From contig OZ245366.1 of assembly GCA_965226585.1 (NCBI GenBank), positions 928,001-992,000 on the forward strand: a stretch of 64,000 bases of DNA, read 5' to 3'. The DNA comes from Thermodesulfobacteriota bacterium (GTDB lineage: Bacteria > Desulfobacterota_D > UBA1144 > Nemesobacterales > Mycalebacteriaceae). A program made the translations under genes and the position numbers. Below, one piece after another: positions 57,126 to 64,000 of this stretch; position 1 is the first letter of the stretch; the number at the start of each line of letters is the position of its first letter. The notes beneath the pieces are model-generated. The model made no database searches, was not told the DNA's origin, and worked only from the letters and a program-made list of their open reading frames with translations.

Positions 57126-57242
57126 TGAACAAGGCGCCGGGCCTTGTTCATCACTTCACTGAGAAGAGATTCTGCTTATTTCCCGCAAGGGTCTTGTATT
57201 CACAGAGACCCGACAACGCGGGGTCTCAATGAAGTGATGAAC
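57126..57242 (-). other. Structured non-coding element (19-bp terminal stem, nested hairpins) upstream of MTase-HNH
   Basis: IR arms at 57146-57164 and 57224-57242 with one mismatch that is G-U on the minus strand, inner CCCGC/GCGGG and GGGTCT/AGACCC stems, and an overlapping 10-bp hairpin at 57126-57150. Confidence 0.75.
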
Positions 57243-57274
57243 GGTGGAGAATGTATTAAGACGCGGGGGCGATG

Positions 57275-58453
57275 TCAAACAGCATTCAGTTTGCTTTCCC
57301 TGAACAGCGCGTAAAAAGCGAAAAATATAAAACCCGCAAGCGCGACAACCGCAAGCGCGACATACATATTGAAATACCCGAACGTATGGGCAATTCCGCC
57401 CGAAAGGAAAGTTCCCAGCATCCCGCCGAATGTGAATGACGCGCTACACACGGCAAACACCTTTGCCCTTGTTCCGTCTCCCGCCTTTTCAAGCGCGAGC
57501 AAGTAGAGAGACGGATAGACAAACCCGTGCGCCGTTCCGAAAAGCGCGCCGGAAATGGCAACGGAAAAGGCGGAGCGCGAGAAGGCGAGGATTACCACTG
57601 AAAGAAACGCCACAAATAAAAACGGCGGGCAAACCCGGTGAATTCCATACTTGTCGGGAATCCAGCCGAGAAAAATCCTTACAAACAAAACCGCCGCCGT
57701 GAAACAGACGAAAAACAGATGGAAATCCTCAACCCCCACAGATAAAGACGAAAGCGACACAAACGAAAACTCAGCCATGAAAACCCAGCCCGATATGAAC
57801 AGCATAATGGCGCCAACAACAAGCGGCTTTGAAAACGGCGGCAAAATTTTCCATCCGCCCTTCTCCCCTCCGCGCCGCGAAAAACGGTCTCTTACAAAAA
57901 ACGACACAAACACACCCGCAAGCGAAACAACAGATATGAAAGTGAACAAACCGGCAAAGCCGTCTGATGAAATTATGATTTTCCCAACATACGGAGCCAC
58001 CGCGTAGCCAATGATGGTGAACATTCCGTATATCCCCATCGCCTGAACCCTTTTCCCCTCAGGGGCAATCTCCGTGATTACCGCTCCGGCGGATGTGAAA
58101 AACAAAGAAAAAGCCGCGCCCTGAAGCATTCTGAGGGCGTATATCTCCCAGCCGAGAGAGTTGATGAAAACAAATCCCGCGCACACCAGAAACAACAGAA
58201 AAAAACCGGCGATGATAAACATCTTCCGCCCGTAGCGGTCTGCCAGAACACCTGAAAGCGGAGTGAATACCAACATACTCACACCGGAAATTCCCATTAT
58301 AAAACCTGAGTCAGACGGATTGCCGCCGAGGTCTTCTATGCGAAGGGGGAGAAGAAGAAAAGCGTGGAAAACAAAGAAAAAAAGCGCGCACGCAAAAGTG
58401 GGAAAAATAAAATCGGGAGAGAGAAAAAACTCCGCGCGACTGCGGAAACGCAT
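57275..58453 (-). CDS. MFS transporter
   Basis: G.LADRYGRK motif A, R.LQG, about 12 TMs. Confidence 0.93.
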   Translation of the reverse strand: MRFRSRAEFFLSPDFIFPTFACALFFFVFHAFLLLPLRIEDLGGNPSDSGFIMGISGVSMLVFTPLSGVLADRYGRKMFIIAGFFLLFLVCAGFVFINSLGWEIYALRMLQGAAFSLFFTSAGAVITEIAPEGKRVQAMGIYGMFTIIGYAVAPYVGKIIISSDGFAGLFTFISVVSLAGVFVSFFVRDRFSRRGGEKGGWKILPPFSKPLVVGAIMLFISGWVFMAEFSFVSLSSLSVGVEDFHLFFVCFTAAVLFVRIFLGWIPDKYGIHRVCPPFLFVAFLSVVILAFSRSAFSVAISGALFGTAHGFVYPSLYLLALEKAGDGTRAKVFAVCSASFTFGGMLGTFLSGGIAHTFGYFNMYVALAVVALAGFIFFAFYALFRESKLNAV

Positions 58454-59745
58454 CAGGAAGTTCCCTGCTTCCGGGTGAACTTTACGCGCCCCGCAACTAT
58501 TGTGTGCATAACCGCGCCCTTTACCTCCCAGCCGTCAAACGGCGAGTTTGAGCTCTTTGAACTGAACTCCTCAGAGCAAACGGTGTATTTTTTCTCAGGG
58601 TCAAAAACAACCACATCCGCAGGCGCGCCAACCTTCAAAGTTCCGCCGCCGGTTTTCAAAATTGCCGCCGGAACCGTTGACATCTTTTCAACCATCTCTT
58701 CAAGCGTGATAACGCCGTCATCAACAAGACGCAAAGAAAGCGGAAGCGCGGTTTCAAGCCCCACTATTCCAAACGGAGCCCTGTCAAACTCAACGTTTTT
58801 CTCATCACGCGAATGCGGAGCGTGGTCTGTCGCTATCGCGTCTATCGTTCCGTCCGCAAGCCCTTTTCTTATGGCTTTGACATCCTTCTCCGAGCAAAGC
58901 GGCGGGTTCATTTTTGCGTTCGTGTTGTAGCCCTCAACCGCCTTGTCCGTCAGCGTGAAATGGTGCGGAGTTGCCTCTGCGGTAACCTTTATGCCGTTTT
59001 TCTTTGCCTGCCGTATCACGGCAACAGAACCGGCGGTTGACACATGGCAGATATGAAGCGGCGTTCCCGTGAGCCGGGAAAGCGTGATATCTCTGGCGAC
59101 GCAAATCTCCTCCGATTCAGCGGGAATTCCTTTCAGCCCCATCGTGGTTGAGATGTATCCCTCGTTCATCACACCGTCTCGAGAAAGCGACACATCTTCG
59201 CAGTGAGATATAACAGGAATTCCGAAAGGCTTGGCGTATTCCATGGCGCGGCGCAGAACGCCTGAATCCGTAACGGGCATGCCGTCATCGGATATCGCCA
59301 CACAGCCCGATTCCACCATCTCGCCAATGCCCGCTATGGAGCCGCCATCCTCGTTTTTTGTTATCGCCCCGATGGGAAAAACACGCGCCGCGCCCTCGGT
59401 GCGGGCTTTCATCAGTATGTATTCGGTAACCGTGGCGTTGTCATTAACGGGGTTTGTGTTCGGCATACAGGCAACCGCCGTGAAGCCGCCGGCAACCGCG
59501 CTGAGAGTTCCCGTCTTAATTGTCTCCTTGTGCTCAAAACCGGGCTCGCGCAAGTGGACGTGCATATCAACGAAACCGGGAGCCACAACCATTCCGCCCG
59601 CGTCCACAACTTTAACGCCGGGAAGTTTTTCCGCCCCCGCCGGAGGTTTCGCTATAACGCCTTTGTCTATAAAAATGTTTCCCTTGCGCCCTTTCGCGCC
59701 GGAAGACGGGTCAATAATTTTTCCGCCTTTTATCAGTATTTTCAT
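58453..59745 (-). CDS. pyrC: Dihydroorotase (long/class I)
   Basis: DMHVHLREPG, MPNT.P, KMNPPL, ATDHAPH. ATG 59745 overlaps the pyrB stop. Confidence 0.97.
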   Translation of the reverse strand: MKILIKGGKIIDPSSGAKGRKGNIFIDKGVIAKPPAGAEKLPGVKVVDAGGMVVAPGFVDMHVHLREPGFEHKETIKTGTLSAVAGGFTAVACMPNTNPVNDNATVTEYILMKARTEGAARVFPIGAITKNEDGGSIAGIGEMVESGCVAISDDGMPVTDSGVLRRAMEYAKPFGIPVISHCEDVSLSRDGVMNEGYISTTMGLKGIPAESEEICVARDITLSRLTGTPLHICHVSTAGSVAVIRQAKKNGIKVTAEATPHHFTLTDKAVEGYNTNAKMNPPLCSEKDVKAIRKGLADGTIDAIATDHAPHSRDEKNVEFDRAPFGIVGLETALPLSLRLVDDGVITLEEMVEKMSTVPAAILKTGGGTLKVGAPADVVVFDPEKKYTVCSEEFSSKSSNSPFDGWEVKGAVMHTIVAGRVKFTRKQGTS

Positions 59746-60701
59746 TCCCGCGCCTCCGTTTTTCTTGAACACAAAAGGTAGAGTATCGCCATTCTGACCG
59801 ATATGCCGTTTGCCACCTGATCCAGAACTGCAGACCCTTTCCCGTAGGCAACTTCAGACATCATTTCAATTCCCCTGTTCAGAGGTCCGGGGTGCATAAT
59901 CGTAAGTCCCGGCGGGGCAAGTTTTACGCGCTCTTCGGTAAGTCCGAAAAACTTGAAATACTCCCTCACGGACGGAAAATAAAGGTTGCCGTCTCTCTCT
60001 GTCTGCACTCTCAGCATTATAACAACATCGGTTCCGGGCAGGGCGTCTTCCATTGAGTGGAAAATCTCAACTCCCATCTCCGCGAAATGAACGGGAAGCA
60101 TTGAGCACGGACCCACAATTCCGACACGGGCTCCCAACTTCAAAAGCGCGTGTATATCAGAGCGGGCAACTCTGCTGTTGAGAATGTCGCCGACTATCAA
60201 AACCTTCAGCCCCTTTACGCGCCCTTTTGCCTGCCGTATCGTCAGAAGGTCGAGAAGCGCCTGACTTGGATGCTCGTTTGAGCCGTCTCCCGCATTGACC
60301 ACCGACACGCCCGTCTGCCGGGCGAGAATCTCCGGCGCGCCCGACATTGGATGCCTTATGATGATGACCTCCGCGCCCATCGCCTCAAGGTTTTTCGCCG
60401 TGTCTAAAAGGTTTTCGCCCTTCGTTACACTGCTTTGCGAAACGGTGAAGTTCAGAACATCCGCGCTGAGCCGCTTTTCGGCAATCTCAAAAGACGCCTT
60501 CGTGCGGGTGCTCGGCTCAAAAAACAGGTTTGCTATCGTGATCCCTTTAAGGGCGGGAACTTTTTTGATTTTTCTCTCCGTCGCCTCCTTCATTGAAGCG
60601 GCGGTTTCAAGAATGGCGTTTATTTCCTCCGCGCTGAGGTCGGCAATTCCCGTAAGGTCTTTTCTGTGGAAACCGTCTGAACTGTTTTTTTGCGCGCTCA
60701 T
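59742..60701 (-). CDS. pyrB: Aspartate carbamoyltransferase catalytic subunit
   Basis: FFEPSTRT, NAGDG..EHPSQALLD, MHPGP.NRG.E. Confidence 0.98.
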   Translation of the reverse strand: MSAQKNSSDGFHRKDLTGIADLSAEEINAILETAASMKEATERKIKKVPALKGITIANLFFEPSTRTKASFEIAEKRLSADVLNFTVSQSSVTKGENLLDTAKNLEAMGAEVIIIRHPMSGAPEILARQTGVSVVNAGDGSNEHPSQALLDLLTIRQAKGRVKGLKVLIVGDILNSRVARSDIHALLKLGARVGIVGPCSMLPVHFAEMGVEIFHSMEDALPGTDVVIMLRVQTERDGNLYFPSVREYFKFFGLTEERVKLAPPGLTIMHPGPLNRGIEMMSEVAYGKGSAVLDQVANGISVRMAILYLLCSRKTEARE

Positions 60702-61261
60702 TTTTTCGTTATGAAAACCCCCTGCTCTCCGCTTTTGCCGTCAGGCATCACGGCAACCCTCCGGTTTTCCTCCGCCTTCACCTTAACGGCGCAGTAGTCC
60801 GGCTGTATGGGAAACTCTCTGCCTCCCCTGTCTGCCATCACCGCGAGGGTTATCCGCGCCGGTCTGCCGTAATCTGTAATGGCTTCCATCGCGGCGCGCA
60901 CGGTTCTGCCGGTAAATATCACATCGTCCACAAGAAGCACGTTCAAGCCCTCAACGCTGAAAGGCATATCGGTTCCCTTCACTTCGGGCCACTTGCGCCC
61001 GCTGTGCCCTATGTCGTCTCTGTATAATGTTATGTCCAGAACCCCGACCGGAACTTTGCCTCCCGTTATTTTTGAAAGAGAGTCCGCCATTTTCCGCGCC
61101 ACAACTTCGCCCATCGTTTTGATGCCGACAACGCATATCTCTTTTCCGCCCGCATCACGCGCCACTTTGCGAGACATATCCTCAACCGCCGAGGCAAAGG
61201 CGTTGCCGTCCATAATTCTTTCCGGCGCCGCTTGTGATTCCCGTTTTTTCGCTTCGCTCAT
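60698..61261 (-). CDS. pyrR: PyrR (pyr regulator/UPRTase family)
   Basis: LDITLYRDD, LVDDVIFTGRTVRAA, DRG.RE.PI.PDY. Confidence 0.95.
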   Translation of the reverse strand: MSEAKKRESQAAPERIMDGNAFASAVEDMSRKVARDAGGKEICVVGIKTMGEVVARKMADSLSKITGGKVPVGVLDITLYRDDIGHSGRKWPEVKGTDMPFSVEGLNVLLVDDVIFTGRTVRAAMEAITDYGRPARITLAVMADRGGREFPIQPDYCAVKVKAEENRRVAVMPDGKSGEQGVFITKK

Positions 61262-61265
61262 TTTG

Positions 61266-61982
61266 TTACAGTATCCCTGAGAAAATCCTTTTCCACCGTA
61301 TCTCCGGAATAAGGGAGTCTTTAAAACTCCACGACCAGTGTATCATCACCGCTTTGCCCACCACTTCGCTCTCGGAAATGGTTCCCCACAGGCGGCTGTC
61401 GCGGCTGTTGTCGCGATTGTCTCCCATCAGAAAGACCTGCCCCTCAGGCACTATCAGCGGATATGAAACGTTGCCCTTGTAGGTTGAGTAGCGTCCCTTT
61501 TCGTAGATAACGCTCACGTTTTTTGTTCCAAATCTCTGCTCGTATCTCTCAAGCCCGTCTTCCTCTTCATACATTCCCGCGTACGACTGAACAGTCTTGT
61601 CTCCGTTTATGTAAATCACCCTGCCCCGTATCTCCACAATGTCGCCGCCGGTGGCTATCACCCTTTTTATGAAATAGTTTTTCTTTCCGCCCGGATTGTC
61701 GGATTTTTTGAAAACCACGATATCGCCCTTTTTCACATCGGCGTTTTTGTAGACGGCTATGTCAAAAAAGGGAATCTTCGTCTCGTAGGCGAACTTTTGA
61801 ACGATTATGTAATCACCCACAAGAAGCGTGGGCTCCATTGATGACGAGGGTATCTTGAACGGCTGAACTATAAACGCCCTTACGCACAGGGCGAGAAGAA
61901 GAGCAAGAAGTACGGATTCCAGATTCTGCCTTAAAAACGACTTATCGGCGTCAGTTTTGCTGCTTAAAAAAAAACCGGACAT
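61266..61982 (-). CDS. lepB: Signal peptidase I
   Basis: IPSSSMEPTL.GD, YFIKRV, MGDNRDNS.DSR.WG. Probable ATG at 61982. Confidence 0.96.
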   Translation of the reverse strand: MSGFFLSSKTDADKSFLRQNLESVLLALLLALCVRAFIVQPFKIPSSSMEPTLLVGDYIIVQKFAYETKIPFFDIAVYKNADVKKGDIVVFKKSDNPGGKKNYFIKRVIATGGDIVEIRGRVIYINGDKTVQSYAGMYEEEDGLERYEQRFGTKNVSVIYEKGRYSTYKGNVSYPLIVPEGQVFLMGDNRDNSRDSRLWGTISESEVVGKAVMIHWSWSFKDSLIPEIRWKRIFSGIL

Positions 61983-62025
61983 TTGTGTCACCGGAGCGGG
62001 GCTTATTATAGACGCGGAGCGGGAA

Positions 62026-64000
62026 CTATTCAAATACCCTGCCGCATCTTTCCACGGAAACCACCCCTTCAAGCACAGACAGCGAGTCCATAACCTTTTC
62101 CAGCTGCTCTATGTTTTTCACTTTTAGCAGAACGCTGTATTTTATTCCCTCATCAAATTTGCCGGATTGTTTTTCAACAATTTCAGTGCCGAGAGCCTTA
62201 AACGCTTTTTCAACCGATGAGAACATTTCACTTCTGTCCGAGCAGACAACTGAAAGCCCCGTAGTCGCCCTTCCCCTGAAACTTTTGCGCCACCGCGCCT
62301 TTACGCTTGTCTCGCCTTCGGCATCCATGCACATATCGCACGCCGCCGAATGAACAACCACGCCGCTGCCGCGCGTCAAATGCCCAACCACCTGTTCGCC
62401 GGGAACGGGAAGACAGCAGTTTGAAAAACGGGTTATAAGGTTGTTGTCGTCAAGAAGAATCATCTTCCTGCTTTCCGGGTCAGCCACCTTGTCCAGAATC
62501 TTTTCTATCCTTCCCATCTTTTTCGGCCCAATGCCGAAGCCCGGGTCTATTATCTCCTGAAGGCTTGTTACGGACGCGCCGCCGAAACCCACCATGCGGA
62601 AAAAATCGTCCGGGCTTGAGTAGCCGAGTTTTTCAAGCGGTTTTTTAAGTTCTCCCGCCGCTATCATGGAAGTCAGGTTTTTGCCGCCCGCCGCAAGCCG
62701 CCTTTCGCATATCGCCCTCCCTATGTCCAGAGACTTCTCCCTTTGCATTCCCGCAAGCCGTTTTCTTATGCGGCTTTTTGCCTCAGGCGTAACAACGGCG
62801 GCAAGCCACTGCTCAGACGGGCCGGTGTTTTCAGAAACTTTGATTTCAACTATGTCTCCGGTTTTAAGCGTTTTAAGCGGAGAAACCGACTGCCTGTTGA
62901 CAATCGCCTCAGAGCATCCGTCTCCTATGTCCGTGTGAATCCGGTAGGCGAAATCCACCGCCGTTGACCCGACCGGAAGCTCAACAAGTTCCGCCCTCGG
63001 TGTGTACACATAGATAACGCTCGGCTCAAGTTCCGCTTTCAGAGACTTCATAAAACCCGCCGGATACGCAGAGCCGCCCCGCCCCGCGAGGTCACCTATT
63101 CTTGAAAAATGCCGCCGCAAGTCCGTGTCTGATACGCCGGGCTTTCCGCCGCTTTTATATTTCCAGTGCGCGGCTATCCCTCTTTCCGCGAACTCATGCA
63201 TCTTCTGCGTTCGTATCTGAACCTCCACCCGCTCGCCGTCGGGCGAGATAACGGTTGTGTGGATTGACTGATAGCCGTTGCTTTTCGGAAGCGATATGTA
63301 GTCCTTGATTCTTCCCGGCACCGGGCTCCACAGCCCGTGAACTTTGCCGAGAACAACGTAGCAGTCGCTCTCAGCCTCCGTGATGACCCTGAAGGCGATG
63401 ATATCGTGAAGTTCGCTGAACTCCAGATTTTGCCATTTCATCTTCCGGTATATGCCGTAGAAACTTTTCACCCTCCCGAACACTTCGGATTTAACGCCGT
63501 CAGCAAGGAGGCTTTTTTCCAGTCTTTTCTTTATGTCGCTGATTCTGCGTTCCCGCCGCGCCGCGCCTTTTTTCAGTTTCAGCTCAATCTTCGCGTATTC
63601 ACGAGGGTTGAGAAACTTGAAGGAAAGGTCTTCAATCTCAGAAGTCAGCCACCCTATCCCCAGCCTGTGGGCAAGCGGGGCGTATATCTCCATCGTCTCT
63701 TTCGCGATTCTTCTGCGCCGCTCCGGAGAAAGAAACTCAAGTGTTCTCATGTTGTGCAGGCGGTCTGCAAGTTTGATTAAAACCACCCGCACATCTTTCG
63801 CGGTCGCAAGTATAAGTTTTCTGAAATTCTCCGACTGCCGCTCCTCGTCGCTTGAGTAGGAAAGTTCGCCCACTTTTGTCGCGCCGTCCACAAGGCGGGA
63901 GATTTCATCGCCGAACACATCGCGGATGTCTTTCTGGGTCGCGAGCGTGTCTTCAACCGTGTCGTGAAGAAGCCCGGTTGCTATCGTGGAGGGGTCAAGC
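62026..64000 (-). CDS. Bifunctional (p)ppGpp synthetase/hydrolase RelA/SpoT (5' truncated)
   Basis: LLHDTVEDT hydrolase motif at the window edge, KLADRLHNMRT, GRVKS, NGYQSIHT, TGS (DFAYRIHT), CC/ACT domains. Confidence 0.97.
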   Translation of the reverse strand, partial: LDPSTIATGLLHDTVEDTLATQKDIRDVFGDEISRLVDGATKVGELSYSSDEERQSENFRKLILATAKDVRVVLIKLADRLHNMRTLEFLSPERRRRIAKETMEIYAPLAHRLGIGWLTSEIEDLSFKFLNPREYAKIELKLKKGAARRERRISDIKKRLEKSLLADGVKSEVFGRVKSFYGIYRKMKWQNLEFSELHDIIAFRVITEAESDCYVVLGKVHGLWSPVPGRIKDYISLPKSNGYQSIHTTVISPDGERVEVQIRTQKMHEFAERGIAAHWKYKSGGKPGVSDTDLRRHFSRIGDLAGRGGSAYPAGFMKSLKAELEPSVIYVYTPRAELVELPVGSTAVDFAYRIHTDIGDGCSEAIVNRQSVSPLKTLKTGDIVEIKVSENTGPSEQWLAAVVTPEAKSRIRKRLAGMQREKSLDIGRAICERRLAAGGKNLTSMIAAGELKKPLEKLGYSSPDDFFRMVGFGGASVTSLQEIIDPGFGIGPKKMGRIEKILDKVADPESRKMILLDDNNLITRFSNCCLPVPGEQVVGHLTRGSGVVVHSAACDMCMDAEGETSVKARWRKSFRGRATTGLSVVCSDRSEMFSSVEKAFKALGTEIVEKQSGKFDEGIKYSVLLKVKNIEQLEKVMDSLSVLEGVVSVERCGRVFE

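Noticed and set aside
57126..57242. Retron msr-msd, HEARO/omegaRNA, SRP or 6S RNA
   Set aside because: There is no reverse transcriptase nearby, the adjacent HNH protein lacks RuvC/IscB features, the SRP core motif is absent, and it is too short for 6S. Kept as an unknown structure.

Overview
A very compact, largely housekeeping stretch of a diderm bacterial chromosome of roughly 50% GC by eye. The gene style looks deltaproteobacteria-like, and a streamlined Desulfobacterota/Dadabacteria-type organism is my guess, not verified. In order, the window holds: partial surE, yqaA/dedA, a TonB-like gene, purM, a complete Alternative Complex III operon (actABCDEF plus an unannotated 46-aa membrane ORF), tpx-sufT-bcp-bioD, a LolA-like/outer-membrane barrel/MMPL transport triplet, ribBA-ribH-nusB-trpD-trpC, tRNA-Cys and tRNA-Leu, and phzF. 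Next comes a MoxR/VWA pair separated by a small accessory patch (ToxA-like methyltransferase, palindromic REP/RPE-like element, AT-rich BRCT gene plus small ORF). After that: purL-purF, valS, the tRNA-tuf-secE-nusG-rplKAJL-rpoBC cluster, lysS-lolC/E-lolD-bamA-skp-fabZ, a DNA methyltransferase-HNH fusion, an MFS transporter, pyrR-pyrB-pyrC, lepB and partial relA/spoT. The most interesting signals are: (1) the MTase-HNH fusion with a mosaic AT-rich core and a rod-like structured element just upstream; (2) a ~250-aa helical insertion in RNA polymerase beta-prime plus extra beta insertions; (3) the candidate small ACIII subunit; (4) lpxD and lpxA missing from the bamA-skp-fabZ locus; (5) the BRCT plus small membrane ORF islet; (6) a very acidic 52-aa ORF with its own promoter; (7) a substituted thiopeptide-site proline in L11. 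All family calls come from motif recognition by eye; no database searches were run.
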